Of a DNA stretch of 64,000 nucleotides, positions 30,034-40,479 are shown piece by piece. Source of the DNA: Pelagibacteraceae bacterium AG-430-P08. Its GTDB lineage: Bacteria > Pseudomonadota > Alphaproteobacteria > Pelagibacterales > Pelagibacteraceae. A program made the translations under genes and the position numbers. A model generated the notes under the pieces. The model saw nothing but the letters and a program-made list of their open reading frames with translations, was not told where the DNA came from and did not search any database. How positions within the stretch are numbered: position 1 is the first letter of the stretch; each line of letters opens with the position of its first letter. The stretch lies in the NCBI GenBank assembly GCA_003212925.1, contig QCOL01000001.1:69145-133144 (forward strand), in the 5' to 3' direction.

Positions 30034-30914
30034 TAAATTAATTTAGCTGTATGAAGAGCCTTTTTAACAATTTCTTTAGTAGTATCTGTTACTTTTACTA
30101 ATGGTAATCTTACATTGTCATCACATAAATTTAATAATTTTGCAGCATACTTAACTGGGCTAGGATTACTTTCAACAAACATAGCATGATGAACAGGCTG
30201 CAATATTTCATTTAATCTCTCAGCCTCTTTAATTTCATTATCATTGTTAGACTTTGAAAATCTTTGGAAATCAGAACAAAGTTTTGGGGCAATGTTAGCT
30301 GTTACACTTATAGCACCTACTCCACCTTTTTTATTAAACTCTAAAGCGTTATCATCATTTCCTGTTAATTGTATAAAATCTTTACCTAATTTTTCTAATG
30401 TTTTATCTACTCTTGTTAAATCTCCTGTTGCATCCTTAACACCAACTATATTTTTTAATTCAAATAATCTTGCCATTGTTTCAACTGACATATCAATCAC
30501 TGATCTTCCAGGTATGTTATAAATTAGAATTGGAATTCCACATTTATCATTGATAGCTTTATAATGTTGATAAAGTCCCTCTTGAGTAGGCTTATTATAA
30601 TATGGAGTTACAATTAAAGCTCCATCTGCTCCCATTTTTTCAGCATGCGCAGTTAATGAAATCGCTTCCTCAGTAGAGTTTGACCCAGTACCAGCAAATA
30701 CAGGTAATTTTCCATTACTTTCTTTGACACATAAATCAATTACCCTTTCATGCTCATTATGGCTTAAAGTTGGAGACTCACCAGTTGTTCCAGCAGGAAC
30801 TAAACCATTTGTCCCATTTTCAATATGAAAATGGATTAACTTAATGTAAGTTTCATCATCTAGTTTATCATTTTTAAACGGAGTGACTAAAGCAACATTT
30901 GAACCTTTGAACAT
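30033..30914 (-). CDS. dapA: 4-hydroxy-tetrahydrodipicolinate synthase
   Basis: GTTGES, PYYNKP, YNIPGR, GVKDATG. Confidence 0.97.
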   Translation of the reverse strand: MFKGSNVALVTPFKNDKLDDETYIKLIHFHIENGTNGLVPAGTTGESPTLSHNEHERVIDLCVKESNGKLPVFAGTGSNSTEEAISLTAHAEKMGADGALIVTPYYNKPTQEGLYQHYKAINDKCGIPILIYNIPGRSVIDMSVETMARLFELKNIVGVKDATGDLTRVDKTLEKLGKDFIQLTGNDDNALEFNKKGGVGAISVTANIAPKLCSDFQRFSKSNNDNEIKEAERLNEILQPVHHAMFVESNPSPVKYAAKLLNLCDDNVRLPLVKVTDTTKEIVKKALHTAKLI

Positions 30915-30957
30915 AAATACTTATAACATAGTTTGTGGATTCATATACTAAAAGATT

Positions 30958-33177
30958 ATGCTAAAAAAATTCATATTTTTAATCAATTTATTTTTCTTCT
31001 CTACTATTACTATTTTATTTTCTGCAGAAATAATACCTTTAAAAAAACCAATCCAAACTAAAGCGGAAAAGGATCAGAAATTATTAACTGATGTAATGAA
31101 GCCTCTGCCAAAACCAATTCCCAAAAAAATAGTAGAGGAAATAAAAAAAAAGCCTGAGGGTGAAATAAAGTTAAAAGCTGAGAAAGACTTAGGTATTATT
31201 CTACCAAAAAAGAAACCTTTAATTGCGGGAGCCAAAAAAACTAATATAGCGAAAAAATCCAAATATTATAACAAGAAAGATTTCGAAATTGCGAAAAAGG
31301 CTATTTCAGAAATGAAACAAGCAAAATGGCCTGCCGCATTGAAAACAGCAAAAAAAGCAAGAGATAAATCAGTCTATAATTTCATACAATGGAGACATCT
31401 ACTAACTAAAGGAAATAAAGCATCATATTACGATTATAAAACTTTTATAGACAAAAATGAGGATTATCCACGATTGGGAAGAGTAAAATATTTAGCAGAG
31501 CATAAACTTTCTACAGATACTATTTCACCCAAAAAAATTATCGATTGGTTCGGTGTTGATGAACCTTTAAGTGGTTTTGGAAAAATGATACTTGGAGAAA
31601 GTATAATTCTCAATGGTAATACACAAAAAGGTATTTCATATATTAAAGAAGGATGGATTACTGCCGAATTAAGCAAATCTGAATTAAGATTCTATAGAAA
31701 AAAATTCAAAAAATATCTCAATGCGGATGATTATATTAAAAGAGCAGATTACTTGGCTTGGAATAATAAATACTGGGATTTAAAAAGATTATTAAGATAT
31801 TTACCTAAAGATTATGAGTTGCTTTATACAGCACGTCAATTGTTAATGAGTAAATCGTATGGTGTAGATAATGCTATTTCTAAAGTTCCAGCAAAATTTA
31901 AAAACGATGCGGGTTTAAATTACGACAGATTAAAATGGAGAAGAAAAAGAGGAAGGGTTGATAGTTCTGTTGAAATTTTAGTAAAAATTAAAAATACCAA
32001 AGATTATTTAGTCAGACCAGATAAGTGGTGGTTTGAAAGAGAAATCATTTCAAGATCATTAATTTATAAAAAGAAATATGCTTTAGCTTATAAAATTGCA
32101 AGTAATCATGCTTTGACTGATGGACCCGAGTATGCAGCTGCAGAATGGATGAGTGGATGGATAGCATTAAGTTTCTTAGATGATCCTTTGTTAGCTAAGG
32201 ATCATTTTGAAAATTTTTATAATAATGTTGGTTACCCGATAAGTACTTCGAGAGGAGCCTATTGGTTAGCTAAAACTTATCAGAAACTTGATAAAAATGA
32301 ATTAGCTAATGAATGGTTTGGTAAAGCATCTAATTTTCTAACTACATATTATGGTCAGTTAGCATTTATGGAGTTAAATCCCAATCAGCCTTTTGAACTA
32401 TCTAGAGATATTGAAGTTTCAAAAGAATATAGAGACTACTTTTTTAAAAAAGAATTAGTCAAAACAGTTTATCTTCTTGATGAGCTGAACGAAGATAAAT
32501 ATACAAAACATATTTTAAGACATTTGGCTAATGATGATATAAATAATGGTAGTGAAGTTTTAGCAGCAGAATTAGCAACAAGCATTGATAGATTTGATTT
32601 TGCTATTCAAATAGCAAAAATTGCATCATATGAAAAAAGATTTCATAACAAATATAATTATCCAATTATAAGTACTCCAAATTATATAAATGGAAGAAAA
32701 ATTCCTGATACTGCATTTATACTGTCAATAATAAGACAAGAAAGTGAATTTGATTTAAGTGCTAACAGTCACGCAGGAGCAAAAGGATTAATGCAGCTCA
32801 TGCCTTACACGGCAAAAGTAGTTGCTAAACAAGCAAAACTTCCTTATTCAAAATCTAGATTAACAAGAGATGCAGAATATAATATCAATTTAGGTTCTCA
32901 CTATATAGCTGGACTAATTTTAGAATATGATGGTGCTTATCCCTTTGCAATAGCCGCCTATAATGCCGGACCTAAAAGAGTCAGATATTGGAAAAAAATA
33001 AATAAAAATCCACAAAAGAACCAAATTGATTATGTAAACTGGATTGAATTAATCAAATTTAAAGAAACAAGAAATTATGTGCAAAGAGTACTGGAGAACT
33101 ACAACGTCTATCGTTATATTTTAGCTCAAAAGCCAGTTACAATGATAAATTTCTTTAAGGATGATCCTTTATACTAA
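30958..33177 (+). CDS. slt: soluble lytic murein transglycosylase (Slt70-like)
   Basis: IRQESEF, GAKGLMQLMP, AYNAGP, ETRNYV; signal peptide. Confidence 0.93.
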   Translation: MLKKFIFLINLFFFSTITILFSAEIIPLKKPIQTKAEKDQKLLTDVMKPLPKPIPKKIVEEIKKKPEGEIKLKAEKDLGIILPKKKPLIAGAKKTNIAKKSKYYNKKDFEIAKKAISEMKQAKWPAALKTAKKARDKSVYNFIQWRHLLTKGNKASYYDYKTFIDKNEDYPRLGRVKYLAEHKLSTDTISPKKIIDWFGVDEPLSGFGKMILGESIILNGNTQKGISYIKEGWITAELSKSELRFYRKKFKKYLNADDYIKRADYLAWNNKYWDLKRLLRYLPKDYELLYTARQLLMSKSYGVDNAISKVPAKFKNDAGLNYDRLKWRRKRGRVDSSVEILVKIKNTKDYLVRPDKWWFEREIISRSLIYKKKYALAYKIASNHALTDGPEYAAAEWMSGWIALSFLDDPLLAKDHFENFYNNVGYPISTSRGAYWLAKTYQKLDKNELANEWFGKASNFLTTYYGQLAFMELNPNQPFELSRDIEVSKEYRDYFFKKELVKTVYLLDELNEDKYTKHILRHLANDDINNGSEVLAAELATSIDRFDFAIQIAKIASYEKRFHNKYNYPIISTPNYINGRKIPDTAFILSIIRQESEFDLSANSHAGAKGLMQLMPYTAKVVAKQAKLPYSKSRLTRDAEYNINLGSHYIAGLILEYDGAYPFAIAAYNAGPKRVRYWKKINKNPQKNQIDYVNWIELIKFKETRNYVQRVLENYNVYRYILAQKPVTMINFFKDDPLY

Positions 33178-33180
33178 AAA

Positions 33181-33272
33181 TGGCGGAAGAGGAGGGATTC
33201 GAACCCTCGGTACAAGTTTCCTCGCACGGTCATTTAGCAAACGACTGGTTTCAGCCTCTCACCCACTCTTCC
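33181..33272 (-). tRNA. tRNA-Ser(GCT)
   Basis: Reverse complement GGAAGAG...GTCGT-TTGCTAA-ATGAC, long variable arm, GGTTCGAATCC, CTCTTCCGCCA. Confidence 0.95.
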
Positions 33273-33336
33273 AATAAATTTGTCACTTTTGATTGTATTG
33301 AATAATCAATATTTATAAAGTAATTATTCAATAATT

Positions 33337-34590
33337 ATGAAAAATAAGTATTCAATATTTTCACTTATTAAAAACGCTTTTTCTTATCATGAAAATTGGG
33401 AGAAAGCTTGGAAAGATCCTGAGCCTAAAAAAGAATATGATGCAGTAATTGTTGGTGGTGGAGGACATGGTCTTGCAACTGCCTATTATCTAGCAAAAAA
33501 ACATAACATGAAGAATATTGCTGTTGTGGAAAAAGGTTGGATAGGAGGAGGAAATACTGGTCGAAATACTACAATAATAAGATCTAATTATTTATGGGAT
33601 GCAAGTGCGGGTTTATATGACCATGCTCTTAAAATTTGGGAAGGTTTATCTCAAGAATTGAATTATAATGTTATGTTTAGTCAAAGAGGAGTTATGAATC
33701 TTGCACATAATTTGCAAGATGTTAGAGATTTAAAAAGAAGAACTCACGCTAATAGATTGAATGGTATTGATGCAGTTTATTTAAATACTGAAGAAGTTAA
33801 AAAATTTTGTCCAATTATAAATACCTCACAGGATATTCGTTATCCAGTTTTAGGTGGAACTCTTCAAAGAAGAGCCGGTACAGCTAGGCATGATGCTGTT
33901 GCTTGGGGATACGCAAGAGGTGCTGATGAAATGGGTGTTGATATAATTCAAAATTGTGAAGTAAAAGGTATAAAAAGAAATGGTGATACAGTTGAAGGAA
34001 TTGAAACGACTAAAGGATTTATCAAAACAAAAAAAATTGGAGTAGTAGCAGCTGGTCACTCCAGTGTAATAGCGAATATGGCTGGATTGAAATTACCTTT
34101 GGAAAGTAAACCACTTCAAGCTTTAGTGTCAGAACCAGTAAAACCAATAATAGATACAGTTGTAATGTCTAACGCTGTTCATGCATATGTCAGCCAATCT
34201 GATAAGGGAGAATTAGTTATTGGGGCAGGAACTGATGATTATGTATCTTACTCTCAAAAAGGAAGTCATGATATTGTGGAAGGAACTTTAAATGCAATTT
34301 TAGAACTATATCCAATATTTAGTAGAATGAGAATGCTTCGTCAGTGGGGTGGAATAGTTGATATATGTCCTGATGCAAGTCCAATCATAAGTAAAACTTC
34401 AATTAAGGGTTTATACTTTAATTGTGGTTGGGGAACTGGAGGTTTTAAAGCTACACCTGGCTCAGGGGATTTATTTGCTCACACCATTGCAAATGACGAA
34501 CCTCATAAATTAAATGCTGCGTTTAATATAAATAGATTTGTAAGTGGTGATCTAGTTGATGAACATGGTGCAGCCGCTGTTGCACACTAA
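33337..34590 (+). CDS. soxB: sarcosine oxidase subunit beta
   Basis: [41 protein letters not shown]. Confidence 0.95.
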   Translation: MKNKYSIFSLIKNAFSYHENWEKAWKDPEPKKEYDAVIVGGGGHGLATAYYLAKKHNMKNIAVVEKGWIGGGNTGRNTTIIRSNYLWDASAGLYDHALKIWEGLSQELNYNVMFSQRGVMNLAHNLQDVRDLKRRTHANRLNGIDAVYLNTEEVKKFCPIINTSQDIRYPVLGGTLQRRAGTARHDAVAWGYARGADEMGVDIIQNCEVKGIKRNGDTVEGIETTKGFIKTKKIGVVAAGHSSVIANMAGLKLPLESKPLQALVSEPVKPIIDTVVMSNAVHAYVSQSDKGELVIGAGTDDYVSYSQKGSHDIVEGTLNAILELYPIFSRMRMLRQWGGIVDICPDASPIISKTSIKGLYFNCGWGTGGFKATPGSGDLFAHTIANDEPHKLNAAFNINRFVSGDLVDEHGAAAVAH

Positions 34591-34865
34591 TGTTTTTAAT
34601 TAATTGTCCTTTTTGCGGAGAGAGAGAACAAAGCGAATTTAAAGCTGGTGGAGAAGCACATATTGTAAGGCCAAAACAACCTACAGAACTAAGTGATGAT
34701 GAATGGGCAGAATATTTGTTCATGAGAAAAAACATAAAAGGAGTTCAATTTGAAAGATGGAACCATGTTCATGGTTGTAGAAAATGGTTCAATATGGTTA
34801 GAGATACATCAAACGACCAAATAAAAGCTGTTTACAAAATGGGTGAAAAGCCACCAGTAAAATAG
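34590..34865 (+). CDS. soxD: sarcosine oxidase subunit delta
   Basis: CPFCG, ERWNHVHGCRKWFN. Confidence 0.95.
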   Translation: MFLINCPFCGEREQSEFKAGGEAHIVRPKQPTELSDDEWAEYLFMRKNIKGVQFERWNHVHGCRKWFNMVRDTSNDQIKAVYKMGEKPPVK

Positions 34866-34866
34866 A

Positions 34867-37800
34867 ATGTCTAATAATTTAAGATTTAAAACAAGTAAAT
34901 TTATCGATGAGACTTATCGAGTTTCTTTTAAATTTAATAACAAAACATATTTTGGTTTTAAAGGTGATACTCTAGCATCAGCTTTGTTGGCTAATGGAAT
35001 TCATCTTGTTGGACGAAGTTTCAAATATCATAGACCTCGAGGAATTATGACATCAGGTTCTGAAGAACCTAATGCAATTATTCAATTGCATGATAATTCC
35101 TCAAGAACTGAACCAAATGTAAGAGCTACAGAGGTCGAAATCTATGAAGGTTTAGTTGCATCTAGTCAAAATTGTTGGCCTAGCGTTAATTTTGATATTG
35201 GTGGAATTAATAATCTATTATCCCCTATCTTACCTGCAGGTTTTTATTATAAAACTTTTATGTGGCCTGCAAGTTTCTGGGAAAAGTATGAATACTTTAT
35301 TAGAAAATCTGCGGGTTTAGGTAAATCACCTAAAGTAGCTGATCCAGACATATATGAACATAAATATATTCATTGTGATGTTTTGGTTATCGGAGCAGGT
35401 ATATCAGGAATAATGGCAGCCAAAATGGCAGCTAAAAATGGTTTTAAGACTCTTTTAGTTGATGAAAAATCTTATTTGGGGGGATCTTCTATTTATGATA
35501 ACTCAGAATTTTCAAAAATTAATAATCAAATAACAAGTTCATGGTTAGAAAAAGAAATCAACGAAATATCTAAATTAGAAAATTTAGAAATAAAAACAAG
35601 AACTAGCGTTGCAGCATTCCATGGATACAACTTTTTATTGGCTCGTGAAAATCTCACTGATCATTTACCGATTAATCAAAGAGAAAATAAAGTAAGACAA
35701 AGATTATTAAAAATTAGAGCTAAAAAAGTAATCACAGCAACTGGCTCTATAGAAAGACCTTTAATATTTGATAATAATGATCGTCCAGGGATAATGTTAT
35801 CTTCAGCAATCAAAAGATATATTGATTTGTATGGTGTGGCATGTGGTGAAAATAATATTCTTTTTACCAATAACGATACGGCATATGAAACAGCCATGAG
35901 TTTAATTCAAAGAGGAATTAAAATTAATGCAATAATTGATAATAGAGAACAAATTGACTCTAAAATTTCATACGAAGTTGAGAAAAATAATATTAAAATT
36001 TATAAAGGTTATACTGTCGTTGATACTTACGGATATAGAAGAATTAATAAAATATCCATCATGAAACTCTCAAAAGATGGTCAAACAGTCATTGGTGACA
36101 AAACAAAGTTGAATTGTGATTGTTTAGGTGTATCTGGTGGTTGGACCCCAGCAGTACACTTGTTTACACAATCAGGAGGTAAATTAAAATTTAGAGAAGA
36201 AGATCAAGTATTTATACCTAATGTTTATCCCTCAGATCAAATAAGTATTGGATCTTGTAATGGAGACTTTGGTTTAGAGGAGATAATAAAGAATACCTTG
36301 TCTTCTATTAAAAAGTTTCTTGATATTGACAATTCTGAATACAAAACTGTTGAAACAATCTCTGGTTTAAATCAATCAAAGAGAAATATTTGGTTATTAC
36401 CATCTGATAAATCCAAAGGGAAAAGTAAATCTTTTGTTGATTATCAAAACGATGCAACTGCAAAAGATATTAAATTAGCTCTAAGAGAAGGTTTTAGATC
36501 TATAGAACATGTAAAAAGATACACCACTACAGGTATGGGAACTGATCAAGGTAAACTCGGTAATATGCATGCTTTAGGAATTATCTCAGAAACAGCGGGT
36601 ACTAAAATGGGTGAACACGGAACTACAACTTTTAGACCTCCTTATACACCTCTTACTTTTGGAACTATTGTTGGAAGAAATGTAGGAGAATTTTTTGATA
36701 TATTTAGACGTACTCCAATACATGATTGGCATGTTGCCAACAACGCTGAATTTGAAAACGTTGGTCAATGGAAAAGAGCTTGGTACTATCCAAAGGATAA
36801 TGAAAATATACATCAAGCAGTACAAAGAGAGAGTAAAGCTGCCAGAGACTCAGCGGGTATTCTAGACGCATCAACATTAGGAAAGATTGATATTCAAGGT
36901 ACTGATGCCTCAGAATTTTTAAATCGTGTTTATACTAACGCTTGGTCAAAACTAGCTATAGGTAAATGTCGTTATGGTTTAATGTTAAATGAAGATGGAA
37001 TGGTTTATGATGATGGCGTTACAACTAGATTGGATGAAAATCATTATATCATGACCACTACTACTGGTGGTGCAGCTAACGTGTTAGGAAAACTTGAAGA
37101 TTATCTTCAGACAGAATGGCCTGAATTAGATGTCTATTTATCTTCTGTAACTGATCATTTTGCCACAATAAGTGTTTGTGGACCTAATAGTAAAAAAATT
37201 GTTTCAAAAGTTATTCCTGATTTAGATCTTTCTGATGAAAAGTTTCCACATATGTCATTCAAAAATTCAAAAATAGACAACATTAAATGTCGAATAATGA
37301 GAATTAGTTTTACTGGAGAACATAGTTATGAAATTAATATCCAAGCAAATTTTGGTAAATCTGTTTGGGAAAAATGTATGGAAGCAGGTAAAGATTTTAA
37401 TATTACGCCCTATGGAACTGAAACGATGCACTTATTAAGAGCAGAAAAAGGTTTTATAATAGTTGGTCAAGACACTGATGCAACACTAACACCAATTGAT
37501 TTACAGATGGATTGGATAGTAAGCAAAAAGAAATATGATTTTATTGGAAAAAGATCATTATATAGATCTGATACTATAAGAGAAGATAGAAAACAATTAG
37601 TTGGTTTATTGACAGAAAATCCTGAGGAAGTTTTAGAAGAAGGCGCACAGATAGTTGCTGATATAAAAAAATCACCTATTGAAATGCTTGGCCATGTAAC
37701 CTCAAGTTATTACAGCCCAAATTTAAAAAAGTCGATCGCATTAGGAGTTGTAAAAGGTGGAAAAAATATGTTGGGGCAAAAATTGATCATACCAATGGAA

Positions 37801-37878
37801 AATAAGAATATTAATGTAACTGTAGCTGATCCAGTTTTTTTAGATAAAGAAGGTGAAAGATTAAATGCTAAATTATAA
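34867..37878 (+). CDS. soxA: sarcosine oxidase subunit alpha
   Basis: GDTLASALLANG, RSFKYHRPRG, KRYTTTGMGTDQGK, C-terminal GcvT-like domain. Confidence 0.95.
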   Translation: MSNNLRFKTSKFIDETYRVSFKFNNKTYFGFKGDTLASALLANGIHLVGRSFKYHRPRGIMTSGSEEPNAIIQLHDNSSRTEPNVRATEVEIYEGLVASSQNCWPSVNFDIGGINNLLSPILPAGFYYKTFMWPASFWEKYEYFIRKSAGLGKSPKVADPDIYEHKYIHCDVLVIGAGISGIMAAKMAAKNGFKTLLVDEKSYLGGSSIYDNSEFSKINNQITSSWLEKEINEISKLENLEIKTRTSVAAFHGYNFLLARENLTDHLPINQRENKVRQRLLKIRAKKVITATGSIERPLIFDNNDRPGIMLSSAIKRYIDLYGVACGENNILFTNNDTAYETAMSLIQRGIKINAIIDNREQIDSKISYEVEKNNIKIYKGYTVVDTYGYRRINKISIMKLSKDGQTVIGDKTKLNCDCLGVSGGWTPAVHLFTQSGGKLKFREEDQVFIPNVYPSDQISIGSCNGDFGLEEIIKNTLSSIKKFLDIDNSEYKTVETISGLNQSKRNIWLLPSDKSKGKSKSFVDYQNDATAKDIKLALREGFRSIEHVKRYTTTGMGTDQGKLGNMHALGIISETAGTKMGEHGTTTFRPPYTPLTFGTIVGRNVGEFFDIFRRTPIHDWHVANNAEFENVGQWKRAWYYPKDNENIHQAVQRESKAARDSAGILDASTLGKIDIQGTDASEFLNRVYTNAWSKLAIGKCRYGLMLNEDGMVYDDGVTTRLDENHYIMTTTTGGAANVLGKLEDYLQTEWPELDVYLSSVTDHFATISVCGPNSKKIVSKVIPDLDLSDEKFPHMSFKNSKIDNIKCRIMRISFTGEHSYEINIQANFGKSVWEKCMEAGKDFNITPYGTETMHLLRAEKGFIIVGQDTDATLTPIDLQMDWIVSKKKYDFIGKRSLYRSDTIREDRKQLVGLLTENPEEVLEEGAQIVADIKKSPIEMLGHVTSSYYSPNLKKSIALGVVKGGKNMLGQKLIIPMENKNINVTVADPVFLDKEGERLNAKL

Positions 37879-38428
37879 TCATACAATTAAAGAGGAAAAA
37901 TCATATCAAGGTCTACAAATGAACGAGGTTAAACCTGTTATGAAATTGATAGTAAGAGGTAAAAAAAGAGAATTTTTATCAGCTGTTGGTAAATCTTTAA
38001 ATATGGTTTTGCCTACAAAAGCAAATACTTCCACTCAAAGTGAAAAATTGACTGCTCTATGGTTAAGTCCTGATGAATGGATGATTTTTTCAAATGGCGT
38101 TGTTAAAGAAAATACAAATTCTTATGAAACTGAAACACTTTTGAATAAAAACATATCTAAATTAAATTTAGGAGCTGTGGTGGATGTCACAGATCAATTC
38201 GTGAGGATTAATCTCAAAGGGGATAAGATATATGATTTGTTTCAAACAGGCTCTCCTTTTAATTTTAATGATTTTAAAGGTAAAATTGGCTCAGTGACCC
38301 AAACAATTCTCACAAAAATAGATGTAATCATTCATAATCAAAATAAAAATGAAGTGAATTTGTTTGTAAGACGCTCATTTTCTGAGCATTTATTCGCATG
38401 GATGAATGATAGTGCGTCAAGATTATAG
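37865..38428 (+). CDS. soxG: sarcosine oxidase subunit gamma
   Basis: LWLSPDEW, VVDVTD, VRRSF; operon position. Confidence 0.9.
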   Translation: MLNYNHTIKEEKSYQGLQMNEVKPVMKLIVRGKKREFLSAVGKSLNMVLPTKANTSTQSEKLTALWLSPDEWMIFSNGVVKENTNSYETETLLNKNISKLNLGAVVDVTDQFVRINLKGDKIYDLFQTGSPFNFNDFKGKIGSVTQTILTKIDVIIHNQNKNEVNLFVRRSFSEHLFAWMNDSASRL

Positions 38429-38463
38429 TCACATTTAGATCTCAAATAAGTTAAATAAAAAAT

Positions 38464-39231
38464 ATGAAAAAATTATTTTTAGTAGCATTATTTGCTCTTT
38501 TACCCTTCTCACTAAACGCAGAATCTAATCTAGATAAAATTTTGTCTTCTGGAGTACTTAAAGTTGGTACCACTGGAGATTGGGATCCTATGACAGTCAA
38601 AGATCCTGCAACCAACAAATATAAAGGTTTCGATATCGATGTAATGAATCAATTAGCTAAAGATATGGGTGTAAAAATTGAGTTTGTACCTGCAGAATGG
38701 AAAACTATTGTTTCAGGAATAACATCTGCAAGATATGATATCTCAACTAGTGTTACAAAAACGCCAAAGAGAGCTGAAGTAGCTGGTTTTACCGATACCT
38801 ATTACAAATATGCTACAGTGCCACTTGTTCTCAAAAAGAACTTAAAAAAATTTCCAACTTGGGACTCGCTTAATAATTCAAATGTAACAATCGCAACTAC
38901 TCTTGGTACTTCTCAAGAGGAAAAGGCAAAAGAATTTTTCCCAAAATCAAAATTAAACTCAATTGAAGCACCAGCAAGAGACTTCCAAGAAGTCTTGGCA
39001 GGTAGAGCTGATGGTAATATTACAAGTTCAACAGAGGCAAATAAATTGGTCATTAAATATCCTCAGTTAGCAATCGTTCCAGATGGTGGAAAAAATCCAG
39101 CATTTTTAGCAATGATGGTACCAAAGGGTGATACTAAGTGGAATGATTATGTTAATAAATGGATTAAAGACAAAAAATCATCAGGCTTCTTCGCCAAGTT
39201 ATTAGCTAAATATAATCTAAAGAGCTTATAA
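38464..39231 (+). CDS. family-3 periplasmic solute-binding protein, cyclohexadienyl dehydratase (PheC)-like
   Basis: Signal peptide; [23 protein letters not shown]; followed by a permease. Confidence 0.8.
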   Translation: MKKLFLVALFALLPFSLNAESNLDKILSSGVLKVGTTGDWDPMTVKDPATNKYKGFDIDVMNQLAKDMGVKIEFVPAEWKTIVSGITSARYDISTSVTKTPKRAEVAGFTDTYYKYATVPLVLKKNLKKFPTWDSLNNSNVTIATTLGTSQEEKAKEFFPKSKLNSIEAPARDFQEVLAGRADGNITSSTEANKLVIKYPQLAIVPDGGKNPAFLAMMVPKGDTKWNDYVNKWIKDKKSSGFFAKLLAKYNLKSL

Positions 39232-39271
39232 AAAATTAGTAATTAATTTTTTATTCTTTATAACTTAAAGA

Positions 39272-40003
39272 GTGAAAAATCTTTTATTACTAATTCTAAT
39301 TTTTCCATTAACGTCATGTGGTAAAAGTGAATTAAACTGGTTAATCTTGTCACCAAACAATATTGAGGGATTAACTAATCTGAAGTTTTTATTAAGTGGT
39401 ATAACAACTACTATTTATATTAGTATAGTCTCAATCATTATTTCAATTATTCTAGGTCTTTTAATTGCTATTCCATCACTGGCTAAAAGTAAATTCTTAA
39501 CCTACCTTAATATTGGCTATGTTGAGATTGTAAGAGCAATTCCTTTACTGGTTTTAATTTTATGGATTTACTATGGTCTTCCAATTATGACGGGTATAAG
39601 TTTTAGCCCATTCGTTTCTGGTATCATTGCGCTGTCGATTAGCGAAAGTGCTTTTCAAGCAGAAATATTTAGAGCAGGAATTAATTCAATAAAAAAATCA
39701 CAATGGGAAGCTGGAAGTTCTTTAGGATTAAGTTTTTTTAGAAAATTAAGATTAGTAATTCTACCTCAAGCAATAAAGAATATTTTACCAGCTATTGGTA
39801 ATCAATTTGTATATGTGCTTAAAATGTCCTCTCTTGTATCGATAATTGGTATTGGAGATCTGACTAGAAAAGCAAACGAATTGGTTGTAACAACCTATAG
39901 ACCATTAGAAATATATACATTTCTAATTCTAGAATATTTAGTCTTGATATTAATTGTTTCTTATCTTGTAAGAAAATTAGAAAAAAAATTACAAAAAGAT
40001 TAA
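39272..40003 (+). CDS. polar amino acid ABC transporter permease
   Basis: YVEIVRAIPLLV, AEIFRAGI, QWEAG..LG (EAA loop), ILPQA. Confidence 0.9.
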   Translation: MKNLLLLILIFPLTSCGKSELNWLILSPNNIEGLTNLKFLLSGITTTIYISIVSIIISIILGLLIAIPSLAKSKFLTYLNIGYVEIVRAIPLLVLILWIYYGLPIMTGISFSPFVSGIIALSISESAFQAEIFRAGINSIKKSQWEAGSSLGLSFFRKLRLVILPQAIKNILPAIGNQFVYVLKMSSLVSIIGIGDLTRKANELVVTTYRPLEIYTFLILEYLVLILIVSYLVRKLEKKLQKD

Positions 40004-40479
40004 TTTTTTCTTCTATAGTCCCAAGGATATTCAAAAGTCATTGCCCACATACCCTTTTTATTTTTTTTGGCATAATTCTCATCTGGAATATATTTTGTTG
40101 AATATTTCCTGTAAGCAAAAGCATAACCTTCTCGAACAAGATACTTAGATAGACTTTGATTATTTACAAAACATTCAGCTAAAATTCTCTTATATCTATC
40201 TATACCCTCCTTGACACATCTTACTTTGTTTTTACCTATCTTATTAATAAGTAATTGTTTTGCTTGAACTCCACATTTGATAACCTCATTATTCTTATTA
40301 CAAATTTGTTTAATTTCAGGAGTATCAATCCCACTAAAACGAATTTTTTCGTTTTTTAAATGAATGGTATCTCCGTCTATAACCTTTATTTCACTAGATT
40401 TTACATCAAGGTATGTAACAAAGAAAAATATTAGACAAATACTAGTAAGTAAAAAGACTTTTTTTTTGTTTGAAAACAT
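40000..40479 (-). CDS. thermonuclease (SNase-like) family protein
   Basis: VIDGDTI, IRFSGIDTPE, DRYKR, PWDYR. Confidence 0.88.
   Translation of the reverse strand: MFSNKKKVFLLTSICLIFFFVTYLDVKSSEIKVIDGDTIHLKNEKIRFSGIDTPEIKQICNKNNEVIKCGVQAKQLLINKIGKNKVRCVKEGIDRYKRILAECFVNNQSLSKYLVREGYAFAYRKYSTKYIPDENYAKKNKKGMWAMTFEYPWDYRRKN

Noticed and set aside
29978-30046. Novel short EF-G-like GTPase with a hydrophobic tail
   Set aside because: The tail is the antisense of the smpB start and dapA end, created by the junction.
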